Assembly: GCA_964016885.1 (NCBI GenBank)
Contig: OZ024755.1
Location: 39,804,001 to 39,868,000 of the forward strand
Length of the DNA: 64,000 nt
Reading direction: 5' to 3'
Source of the DNA: Eledone cirrhosa
Lineage: Eukaryota
Under the pieces are notes generated by a model. The model worked only from the letters and a program-made list of their open reading frames with translations. It ran no database searches and was not told where the DNA came from. Position 1 is the stretch's first letter. Every line of letters starts with the position of its first letter. The position numbers and the translations under genes were made by a program. Positions 43,048-57,232 of this stretch are shown one piece after another.

Positions 43048-43245
43048 TGGGGATTCTTTGCTTTGTTTTGTGCCTCTCCTTTGTTCTATACTCAATACTG
43101 TATTTATTATGCTCTGATGATTCCTGCCAAAAGGTGAGGATGAAATATTGTAAGTGAATAAAGACTGTTTAAGTATGTAAGTCTTCTTTGGTTTCTTTTG
43201 CATATATATATATTTATATATATATATATGTATATGTATATATAA

Positions 43246-43299
<54 letters not shown>

Positions 43300-43450
43300 A
43301 TACTTTGGGAGGGTCATGTTGCCAATAAGAAACACACGCACCAGTTGCTTTCACTTCAATTTAATTTATTATATATTTATAAATTTACAAATTTATAAAT
43401 TTCTGGTTGGTTGGTTGGTTCCACAACCAGATAGTTGTTTATATATATAT

Positions 43451-43495
43451 AGTCATAGTTCTTTCGTCACACACTCTGTGACCTCTTCAGTGACT
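43451..43495 (-). ncRNA. Minimal type I hammerhead ribozyme motif in the PLE pseudo-LTR
   Basis: AGTCA-CTGAAGAG-GTCACAgagtgTGTGAC-GAAA-GaaC-T-A-TGACT. Stem I is 5 bp, stem II 6 bp and stem III 2 bp, with a CUA cleavage triplet. Confidence 0.75.
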
Positions 43496-43802
43496 GGGGA
43501 TTTCTTTCTTCATTTCTGTGCCTTTCTTTTCTTCTATCCTACGCCATTTTGTTTGTGTGTGGGTTGCGTGCTCAGTTTGCGCATGCGCCACATCCGGGTG
43601 TCTGTGTGTGTTTGTGTTCATTTTTCTATTTTTCTATTTATATTTTTCTATTTGTTTATTTATTTATTTATTTATTGTTGCTTGTTTGTTTGTTCTATGT
43701 GTGTGTGTGTTTTCATTTTGTCTTGTGTGTCTTTTCATTTTGTGTGTGTTTTCAATTGTAAGTTGTTTGTTCTATGTGTGTGTGTGTGTTTTCATTTTGT
43801 CC

Positions 43803-44609
43803 TTAACTGTAAGTTGTGATGTTGCTGTTCCACTCATATTTTCTATTTAATTTTGGTTTTAATTCTTTTATGCTTACTGCCTCTGTAATTTGCCTAAACA
43901 TTGCGTCTTTCTTGTGTGTGGATTCTATTTTTATTTCTATGCTCTCTAATTTACCCCTGTGTTCTATCTTAGCATGTTGGTAGAGCACAGATGATTCTTT
44001 ATTATCTTGGAGGTCTCGCCAGTGTTCATTTATTCGTTCCCCTATACTACGAGCTGTCTCACCTATGTACACTATATTTTTGTTTCTACATTGTCCTTCA
44101 GTACATCTTATGCTATATACTACATTTCTAGTTTTACAGTTAATATGGGGGCTTATTTTACAGGTTATACATTTCTTATCGATACATGAGGGTCTTTGGA
44201 ACGGGTATGTCTTGCTAATAAGTGTTTTTACGGAGGTACCAGGTCTTTCTACTATCTTAATATTGAGATTATGTTTCTTTAGGGCCCTTCTAAATTTGTA
44301 GGCTAGTTCGCCTCTAGGGGTTGTATTGATGAACATTACACTCTGGTATTTATTGCTATCATACCATGAGTTTATTCTATTGGCCTTGTTCCTAGTTCTT
44401 TCTATTCTATTCCAAAATTTGCTCCTATACAAGGGGCAGGTCCCATTTATGTCATTATTTACCATTTTTTCCCATTTGGTTCTGGCTCCTTTATACACTC
44501 TGATTCTATCTCTCTGATTGTAGCCAGAGAACTGCATACGGTGGATGAAGTGTTGTATGTGTCTCTCTAGTTCTTCGGGGTTGCACATGCGGGACACATT
44601 TCTCATCAT
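43803..44609 (-). pseudogene. C-terminal part of PLE polyprotein: RT thumb, Cys-rich linker and GIY-YIG endonuclease
   Basis: Open 268-codon frame with MQFSGY, CIDKKCITC, NVVYSIRC..YIGETARSIGERINEH and EAVSIKELKPKLN. The RT core is missing. Confidence 0.9.
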
Positions 44610-44842
44610 GGCAAGCTATTTAGAACACTGGTTGACAACTTTACTTCGCTCCGAAGAAGAGATATTATCTCGAAAATTAAGGACATTTAAATAAATCTAA
44701 GCTAAAAGACTAATTGTCAACAATATCTTTTGCATTTGCATTCCTTTTTCTATGTCCATACCTGCATTGTTTTGGCTTTATTATACATATACAAACGTTT
44801 ATACCTCATTACACAATGCTTCAAGTGAACTATAACCTCCTC

Positions 44843-45157
44843 CATATATATATATATATATATATCCATATATATATATATATATATATCCATATATATA
44901 TATATCCATATATATATATATCCATATATATATATATGCATATATATATATATCCATATATATATATATCCATATATATATATCCATATATATATATATA
45001 TCCATATATATATATATATATATATATCCATATATATATATATCCATATATATATATATCCATATATATATATATGCATATATATATATATCCATATATA
45101 TATATATCCATATATATATATACATATATATACATATATATATATCCATATATATAT
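44843..45157. repeat. (TA)n/CCATA microsatellite
   Basis: Direct inspection. Confidence 0.95.
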
Positions 45158-45255
45158 AAATTCAGCGAGAATCGCATATCTGGGTTCAATCGGAGGTAAC
45201 CACAGTAAGTAAGGTAATCGATACACAGCAGAGTATAAATATTTAATATAGAAAT

Positions 45256-45306
45256 GGCTTCTACAGGACTAGGTCTGTTTCATTCGGGAGAAACCATGAG
45301 GAAGCC
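45256..45306 (-). ncRNA. Decayed type I hammerhead motif in a solo PLE-type terminal fragment (~45158-45310)
   Basis: GGCTTC-CTCATGG-tTTCtcccGAAt-GAAA-CAG..CTG-T-A-GAAGCC. Stems I and III and the GUA triplet are intact; the core differs from CUGAUGA at two positions. Confidence 0.55.
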
Positions 45307-46568
45307 GACTATACATATATGTATATATATATGGGTGTGTGTTCGTGGATGTACTTGTAGGTGTGTGTGTGTGTGTGTGTGCGTCTCTCTCTCACTCAAT
45401 GTGTGTGTGTGTTTGTGTGTGTGTGCGTGTGTCTGTGTGTGTGTGTGTGTGTGTTTTACATTGAGCGTTGTTCTGTCCAAGCATTTTTCGAAGTATCTAT
45501 TGTTTTCTGTCAAACACACACACACACACACCCATATATATATATATATATATATATATGAATAAAGTTAGTCCTTCATCAGTGATCTTCCAACCATCAT
45601 TGGTATTTCATCGCTTTAAAGACCATATACTACCGGTTGGTGCGAGCAACGGCTAAAAAAAGTCGTTGGGACACGTAAATAAAGGGGACACGAGTGTAAA
45701 CAAACAAAGATGGTGAAGCAACGAAAAGTGAGGAAGAAGGAGTCAAGTCCCAAATTTCTATGAATATAAATTCGGTGAAATCGTGAACGAGAGAATAAAG
45801 ACCATCAAACCTGGTTGGAATGTGAGCAAGGAAGGAATTCCGTACAGGTCTAACGGGAGGAAGAAGGGATCTAGTCTGTGAATCGGTGAACGTAAGTTCT
45901 GTGAAATCGTAGACGAGAGAGAGAGAAAAAAAGCGACCTGCCAGACCAAGGGTGCGAAAGAAAAGAATTACGCACAGGTCAAACGGGAAGAAGGAGGAGC
46001 AGGAGAGGTAGTAACAGAGAATGAGTGAGTGAAGGGTGAGGAAGAGGCTAACAGAGAGAGTGACTGCTAGAGAGGGTAAAGATACAGAGAAAGAGGAAGC
46101 AGTAAGAACGAAAAAGACGGGTCACAGCGGGGAAAAAAATATGTGTAAATATGAGAATAAACGTGCTGCGTGGTTGCTAATGGGTTACATATGAATAAAG
46201 TTAGTCCTCCATCAGTGATCTTCCAACTATCATTGGTATTTCATCGGTTGGTGCGAGCAGCGGCTAAAAAAGTCGTTGGGACACGTAAATAAAGGGGACA
46301 TGAGTGAAAACAAACAAAGATGGTGAAGCAACGAAGTGTGTGTGTGTCTCTCTCTCTCTCTCTCAATGTGTGTGTGTGTGTGTGTGTGTGCGTGTGTCTG
46401 TGTGTGTGTGTGTGTCACATTGAGCGTTGTTCTGGCCAAGCATTTTTCGAAGTATCTATTGTTTTCTGTCAAACACACACACACACATATATATACACAT
46501 ATATATATATATATATAAAATATTAAACAAATAATGAATAAACAATTCCTTATATTAAACAAAAAAAG

Positions 46569-46722
46569 TTCATTATTTAACGATCGTTTCTAGGATATAT
46601 ATGTGTTAGAATTGGTATGCATATTCAACAGATCTATGTACAAAATTATACAAAATTATACAAATTATCAAGATTAAATATACATACCAACACATATATA
46701 CGCCGTCTTCAGAAATAATGAA
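46569..46722 (-). ncRNA. Hammerhead motif with long stem II (inverted copy)
   Basis: Reverse complement of 50213-50366. Confidence 0.65.
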
Positions 46723-47179
46723 GTATATTTATTGATAATAACAACAATTCAAAATTTCAGGTCCGTTTGGGAACAAAATTGACCAATGAAAACACAAAGG
46801 GTTAAATGCAGTTCGGTGTGTGTATATACATGTAAAACCCTTACACATATTTTTTAGTTATACTATAATTAATACTCTACTACTATTTAACTTCAAAATT
46901 CTGCTTCAAATATTATAAACCTAACTAATTTACACCTTAGAAATCAATATGTTAACTATCTTTGGTTTAGTTAACATATAATTAATGGTATACTTATTTA
47001 TTTTGAGATGCATAGATTTTGCCTTAGTTCTTGTTTATTGTATTTCCTAACACTGAAACTATGTAAAAACATACATTGGATCAAGATACGGAAAATATTC
47101 TATGTTTCTTGAAACATATATTTACTATGATCCCCTTCTCCAAACCCCCCCTTTCCCCCATACTATTATCATCTGTATT

Positions 47180-49670
<2,491 letters not shown>

Positions 49671-50212
49671 TAGATACATCTATATTAGGCAGTCTGCTCA
49701 GACCGTTGAATACTGACCTCCCCCCCCCCCTCCCACCTAATTTCTGTATCTTGATCTAAAAATGTGTGTGCCAGTGTTTTATGTGAGTGAATAAATATCC
49801 ATGTGCTTATGATTTTATATCCACATATATAAATGTGAGTGGGGGTGTGTGTGTGTTTGTATGTTCGTGGTTATGTGTATATTTATGCATATACGCGCGT
49901 GTATGTGTGATTGTACGGATATGTGTGAGTATGAAAAAATATATTTATATAATTAATTTCATACTTGTGTCAATACGTATCTTATATGTGCATTATAAAC
50001 TTACAGAGACATTAACCTTGAAATTTTGTATTTGCATCCATCCTTTTAGTATGCGTATACAAATTATACATACATTTTTGTAAAATATGTGTAAGGGTTT
50101 TACATGTATATACACACACCGAACTGCATTTAACCCTTTGTGTTTTCATTGGTCAATTTTGTTCCCAAACGGACCTGAAATTTTGAATTGTTGTTATTAT
50201 CAATAAATATAC

Positions 50213-50366
50213 TTCATTATTTCTGAAGACGGCGTATATATGTGTTGGTATGTATATTTAATCTTGATAATTTGTATAATTTTGTATAATTTTGTACATA
50301 GATGTGTTGAATATGCATACCAATTCTAACACATATATATCCTAGAAACGATCGTTAAATAATGAA
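50213..50366 (+). ncRNA. Type I hammerhead motif with ~115-nt stem II
   Basis: Stem I TTCATTATTT/AAATAATGAA (10 bp), CTGAAGA at 50223-50229, GAAA at 50345-50348, palindromic stem III ACGATCGT, and a GUU triplet. Confidence 0.7.
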
Positions 50367-50685
50367 CTTTTTTTGTTTAATATAAGGAATTGTTTATTCA
50401 TTATTTGTTTAATATTTTATCTTGACTCTGTATACCGTTTATCTTTCACCGAAAGTGATTTTTCATTACATCTCTTCTTTCCATGATATCCGGAATACAT
50501 TGAGTTCTTCATACGGATTGGACACTACCGTAAACTCTTGGTAGATTTATCTACATATATATATATATATATATATTTTTTTTTTTTAAATCGATCGACT
50601 TTCGTCAAATCGGACCGAGGAAACAATGTTTCCATCGGTCTTTCCAGTTGCTAATACTATCTATCGGTCGCAACTCCAGATAGAA

Positions 50686-50802
50686 GGAGCAACGTGAAAT
50701 AAAATGTCTTGCTCAAGGACATAACGTATCGACCGGTCCAGGAATCGAACTCACAATCTCAAGATTGTGAATCCAATTCTCTAACCACTCAGCCACACGC
50801 CT

Positions 50803-50806
<4 letters not shown>
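50686..50806 (-). mobile_element. tRNA-head SINE with CORE-like domain (family B), 3'-truncated
   Basis: Minus strand reads TGGCTGAGTGG (A box), GAGTTCGATTCC (B box), then TGTCCTTGAGCAAGACATTT. Confidence 0.8.
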
Positions 50807-51365
<559 letters not shown>

Positions 51366-51794
51366 TGTGCTTCTTCCTAACAGTTATCCCATGACGGTAA
51401 AAAGACCAGTGAATTGCATAGAATTTTAGTTTCTCAGTCCATGGAAATATTTTCCATTTAACAATAAACTTCCCACGTAATTCTCCGCTTCCTTTGGCTT
51501 TTCTCCCCATTGTCAGCGTTGTCTTCGATGAAGACATAAATGTCCGCTTAGTTTGTAGACGTGGAATAGGTGAATAAGTATATTGATGTTTCTCTTATTT
51601 GTATTGTATGACTAATGTGGAATTGGTGAATAAATATATTGATTTGTCTGATAGTTGTATTGCATGACAAGTTGGTGAAAGGAGACTGACACTAATGCCA
51701 TCTTTATGTAATTTTTAATTTAGGGGAACGTGACATATGAGGTATATTATTAATTAATCTGTACATACATACATACTTACATATAAACATAAAA

Positions 51795-53796
51795 CGGGGA
51801 AAAGCAACAACCCAATCTACCAACATTTTCATCAATGGCCTAATTGTTTCACCGATATATGAGGAGGACTGCTACAGATACCTGGGGATAGATGAGAACA
51901 TATCCTATAATGGTATCTGTAATAAGGAACGCATAACCAAGGAATACTACACCCGATTAAGAAAGATTTGGTCATCGGAACTCTCTACGCAAAACAGAAC
52001 AGTGGCTCACAATGTGTTTGCTGTGACTGTCCTAACACCGACGTTTGGAATACTCAATTGGACGATAGACGAAATCCGAGCAGTTGATGTTAGAACTCGA
52101 AGCGTAGGAGCCCGTCTCTTGAACAAGTCTATCTGCATGAGACAGATAAGATCATGAAAGAGTACTGGTGGAATGTTCCAGTCAAAACCCCGATAAAATG
52201 CAGGCATAACAGACCAGATATTATGATATGGGACAGGGAGAAGAAAGCATGCACAGTAGTGGAAATTAGCTGCCCAGCAGATGCCAATATAATATCAAAG
52301 ATTAGCGAAAAGGAGAATATTTATGCAGAACAAATGAGTAATCTACAGATACTCCACCCTGACTATACTTTCAGATTTATACTGTGATTATTGGGGCACT
52401 GGGATATGTTAGAAACTGCCTCAATACAAACCTTGAGAAACTGGGCTTCACAGAAACAGAAAGAACACAGCTGGTTAGAAAATTACAAGTAAAAATGTTT
52501 CACCGATATCTGATGAGGACTGCTGCAGATACCTGGGGATAGATGAGAACATATCCTATAATGGTATCTGTAATAAGGGACGCGTAACCAAGGAATACAA
52601 CACCCGATTAAGAAAAATTTGGTCATCGGAACTCTCTACGCAAAACAAAACAGTGGCTCACAATGTGTTTTATGTGCCTGTCCTAACACCAACTTTTCGA
52701 ATACTCAATTGGACGATAGACGAAATCCGAGTAGTTGATGTTAGAACTAAAACATGCTAAACAACATCAGTCCAGACAGCATTTGAATGTAGCATCATAT
52801 CCCTCCGAGAACATCTACGAACCTCGAAGCGTAGGAGCCCGTCTCTTGAACAAGTCTATCTGCATGAGACAGATAAGATCATGAGAGTTGGGAAGGAACT
52901 CCTCGAGAGATATTCTATGTGTGATAATCAAAAACTCACACCCAGGGAGGCTGCTCAGCAGTATCGCAGTGAATCCATGGATGAAAAACTGCATGCTTAT
53001 CAGCAAAAAATCATGCATGGATATGTTGCCAGGAAGCTCCAGAGTGAGAGTAGTGTAGATAAGGAAAGTAGTCTATCTTGGACCAACAACCGTTATATTG
53101 GCTCCCACTTTGAAGGATACGCCTTTACAATCCCAAAACAAGAAATCAATACGAAATACCTGATTCACAAAAGAGATAGGAATGCAAGCAAAACACCTAG
53201 ATGTGATAACAAGTGCAGACTCTGTCATCGCGGTACTATCTACCTATGAGGCATGTTATATTGGCAAAAATACTGTACAATGCAATCCGTAGAAAAGATA
53301 GCCCCGATAATAAACACATTAAAAGTTAAAGCAATGTGGAAGACATACATATACATAATATGAAAGAGTACTGGTGGAATGTTCCAGTAAAAACCCCAAT
53401 ATAATTGTTACTACTTTTGGCACAAGGCCAGTAATTACCCAGTGCATTACTGGTACTTTATTTTATCGAACCCCTAAGGATGAAGGCAAAGTTAACCTCG
53501 GCGGGATTTGAACTCAGACAGTAAAGGGACGTAACACTACCGTAACTCCACCGCCCTGCAGGAACAACAGACCAGATATTATGATATGGGACAGGGAAAA
53601 GAAGACATGCACAGTAGTGGAAGTTAGCTGCCCAGCAGATGCCAATATAATATCAAAGATTAGATAAAAGGAGAATATTTATGCAGAACTGATGAGAAAT
53701 CAGATACTCCACACTGATTACACCTTCAGATTTATGCCTGTGATTATTGGGGCACTGGGGTATGTTAGTAACTGCCTCAATACAAATCTTGAGAAA
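51795..53796 (+). mobile_element. R4/Dong-like RLE non-LTR retrotransposon: two tandem decayed 3' fragments
   Basis: YRYLGIDE..KEYYTRLRKIWSSEL..N (RT end), HGY..EGYAF..QEINT..CRLC (zinc-knuckle region), and HNRPDIMIWD..VVEISCP..EKENIY (PD-(D/E)xK endonuclease). Confidence 0.88.
53403..53556 (-). mobile_element. SINE (family A, internally deleted head) nested in the R4-like fragment
   Basis: It splits AAAACCCC.ATA|..TGCAGG, which is contiguous in the other copy at ~52185-52205. Confidence 0.9.
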
Positions 53797-54046
53797 CACA
53801 TCCACACATACAATAACATCCATATCTACACATGTAGACATACATACATATCTACCTAGTTGATGCTGTGTAAATTCCAATGAGAGAGTCTTGTGTCTAT
53901 GTTAGAAACCGACTCTCACTCTATTGGAAAACATTTGTGAAATTATAAAACCAGAAGAACATACATACATATATACATACATACATATATACATACATAC
54001 ATACATACATACATACATACATACATACATACATACATACATACAT

Positions 54047-54656
54047 ACATGGTGGCTGCCAACTCGTTTTCGAGTACGGCCACTACTTTATATCAATGTA
54101 GGAGAACCCCTACCGATGCGCTGAACGAGTGTGACTTTTTAGTCCAGCCAGCGACTTGAAAACTCTGGTACAAACACTACACTTGTGACAATTATTGACT
54201 CATAGTGCTGGGCCCATGGTACCATGTGACGACAAGTGCAGAGAGATCTCCAGATATAAAGCAATGCCTGTGCCGTGAAGCTTTTATAGTGAGCAAAGGC
54301 ACTGCACAAAGCCAGTCCCACTCTCTTAACCAAGATGATATTTACCAAAAAGAAGAACATGTCAACATCATTGGATACCATCAGAGTTGCAGGTGTTATA
54401 TCAGAGTTTTCCTTCTCCTAGAATTCTGCCTTGACAAAGGCTAAGGGGTCATCTCTCCCGGTGATTTTGGATGGCCATTGATTCTTAAGAGCTCCTTTGC
54501 CCTTTGACAGGTTTTGTTTTTAGTCCTGCAGGATGTCCAAAGTCACCCTCCTCACCAAGAAACCTTGGTGGGGTTGCCAGTTTAGTCGCCAACGACCCGA
54601 CCATGAAACAGGTTGTACTGGGATACATGTTACCAGTAGCACCAACTGGTGACCTG
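54047..54656 (-). mobile_element. Non-autonomous bipartite RTE retroposon, copy 1
   Basis: RTE-type 5' UTR (GGAGAAGGAAAACTCTGAT), then C-terminal C2H2 finger codons CSVCTRVFKSLAGLKSHTRSAHR* (54110-54181), a 3' UTR and an (ATGT)n tail. Confidence 0.75.
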
Positions 54657-54692
54657 ACATACATACATACATATATACATACATACATACAT

Positions 54693-55286
54693 ACATGGTG
54701 GCTGCCAACTTGTTTTCGAGTACGGCCACTACTTTATATCCATGTAGGAGAACACCTACCGATGCGCTGAACGAGTGTGACTTTTTAGTCCAGCCTGCGA
54801 CTTGAAAACTCTGGTACAAACACTACACTTGTGACAATTATTGACACAGAGTGCTGGGCCCATGGTACCATGTGACGACAAGTGCAGAGAGATCTCCAGA
54901 TATAAAGCAATGCCTGTGCTGTGAAGCTTTTATAGTGAGCAAATGCACTACACAAAGCCAGCCCCACTCCCTTAACCAAGATGATATTTACCAAAAAGAA
55001 GAACAAGTCAATATCATTGGATACCATCAGAGTTGCAGGTGTTATATCAGAGTTTTCCTTCTCCTAGAATTCTGCCTTGACAAAGGCTAAGGGGTCATCT
55101 CTCCCGGTGATTTTGGATGGCCATTGACTCTTAAGAGGTCCTTTGCCCTTTGACAGGTTTTATTTTTAGTCCTGCAGGATGTTAAATGTCACCCTCCTCA
55201 CCATGAAACATTGGTGGGGTTGCCAGTTTAGTCGCCAACGACCCGACCATGAGACAGGTTGTACTAGGATACATGTTACCAGTAGC
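54693..55286 (-). mobile_element. Non-autonomous bipartite RTE retroposon, copy 2
   Basis: Diverged direct copy at a +646-bp offset, slightly 5'-truncated and separated from copy 1 by (TACA)n. Confidence 0.75.
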
Positions 55287-55363
55287 ATACATACATACAT
55301 ACATACGCACATACATACATACGTACGTACGCACATACATACATTCATACAATCATACATACA

Positions 55364-55691
55364 TCTAAGGCGGGTAAAATTCCCGAGATCCATGGACGAG
55401 TTCTCTCCAGCGGCCTCTGTCCCTCATCATCGCTGCCATGTCCTACGTCTCCAACAGACCAGTGTCTGTCCTTAGGGCATCAACATACGTTAACCTTGGT
55501 CTTCCTCTTCCAGTGTGTCCACGTAGGGGCTCGTAAAGACCTGAAAATCCGCCTCTTCATTGCTGTAGTGGAGTCTGTGCTGCTGTACGGGCCTGAGACT
55601 AGGACACTGACCAAGAGGCTGAGGTTAGCTGGACATTCTCACCGACATCCAGAGTTGACATTGCACTCAGTGCTCCTGTGGGAGCCCCTAC
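55364..55691. mobile_element. RTE-group LINE 3' end with inverted 5' segment
   Basis: Minus strand 55364-55532 reads EPLRGHTGRGRPRLTYVDALRTDTG..MRDRGRWRELV. Plus strand 55533-55691 reads LKIRLFIAVVESVLLYG.ET.TLT..RLAGH..HPE..VLLWEP. Confidence 0.8.
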
Positions 55692-55730
55692 ATACATACT
55701 ATATACATCTATTTATACATAGATACATAT

Positions 55731-56002
55731 AGAAGAAGAAGAAGAAGAAGAAGAAGAAGAAGAAGAAGAAGAAGAAGAAGAAGAAGAAGAAGAAGAAGAA
55801 GAAGAAGAAGAGGGAGAAGAAGAAGAAGAAGAAGAAGAAGAAGAAGAAGAAGAAGAAGAAGAAGAAGAAGAAGAAGAAGAAGAAGAAGAAGAAGAAGAAG
55901 AAGAAGAAGGCAAAGAAGAAGGCAAAGAAGGAGAACGAGAAGAAGAACAAGAACAAGGAGAAGGAGTAGAAGAAGAAGGAGAAGAAGAAGAAGAAGAAGA
56001 AG
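55731..56002. repeat. (GAA)n trinucleotide repeat
   Basis: Direct inspection. Confidence 0.97.
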
Positions 56003-56118
56003 GATGTAAAGTGTGCAGATCGTGACATGTGTAATTTAAATATTAAAATGTCAACAATGTGATATCTGGTGAAAACAATACCCTTGTATCCATGGCAACA
56101 GGAGGCTTACCCCGTCAC

Positions 56119-56123
56119 TACAC

Positions 56124-56155
<32 letters not shown>

Positions 56156-57147
56156 CTACACACACACACATCTACACAGACAGACACACACAGAGACACA
56201 GACATATCTACACACACGCACACACATGTACACCCACTTACATACACCCTACACACAGTCACACACATCTACATACACACAACCTACACACACACACAAC
56301 CTACACACGCATCTACACACACACACACACAACCTACACACATATCTACACACAACCTACACATATCTACACACACACACAACCTACACACACATCTACA
56401 TACACACAACCTACACACACACACAACCTACACACGCATCTACACACACACAGAACCTACACACATATCTACACACACACAACCTACACACATATCTACA
56501 CACACACAACCTACACACATATCTACCCACACACAACTTACACACATATCTACACACACACAACCTACACAGATATCTACACACACAACCTACACACATA
56601 TCTACACACACACAACCTACACACATATCTACACACACAAAACCTACACACATATCTACACACACAACCTACACACATATCTTCCCACACACAACCTACA
56701 CACATATCTACACACACACAACCTACACACATATCTACCCACACACAACCTACACACATATCTACACACACAACCTACACACATATCTACACACACACAA
56801 CCTACACACATATCTACCCACACACAACCTACACACATATCTACACACACAACCTACACACATATCTACACACACAACCTACACACATATCTACACACAC
56901 ACAACCTACACACATATCTACCCACACACAACCTACACACATATCTACAGACACAAAACCTACACACATATCTACACACACAACCTACACACATATCTAC
57001 CCACACACAACCTACACACATATCTACACACACAAAACCTACACACATATCTACACACACAACCTACACACATATCTACCCACACACAACCTACGCACAT
57101 ATCTACACACACAAAACCTACACACATATCTACACACACACCACACA
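56119..57147. repeat. CA-rich 25/27-bp minisatellite (ACACACAACCTACACACATATCT..)
   Basis: Direct inspection. Confidence 0.95.
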
Positions 57148-57232
57148 GTCATGCAGAATCACAAACAATATATATATATTAACGTACACAATATTTCGAC
57201 GTGAGTCAACGACCCAATATTTACGTTGACTC

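Larger units (their letters stand above)
42650..43090 (-). mobile_element. Penelope-like pseudo-LTR copy interrupted by a SINE
   Basis: Diverged direct copy of 43295-43540, including the hammerhead. It abuts (TA)n. Confidence 0.8.
43295..44609 (-). mobile_element. 5'-truncated Penelope-like element (PLE) with 3' pseudo-LTR ending in (TA)n
   Basis: GIY-YIG ORF followed by a UTR that contains a hammerhead motif. Confidence 0.9.

Noticed and set aside
51438-51569. Candidate 132-bp plus-strand exon (tttctcag|..HGNIFHLTINFPRN..|gtgaat) and the overlapping minus-strand ORF
   Set aside because: An open frame with plausible splice sites can arise by chance. No recognisable domain; it would need RNA-seq.
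54139-55090. Duplicated 79-80-aa ORFs on both strands (toxin/antitoxin-like appearance)
   Set aside because: They lie within the duplicated RTE-derived UTR and have no protein-family features.
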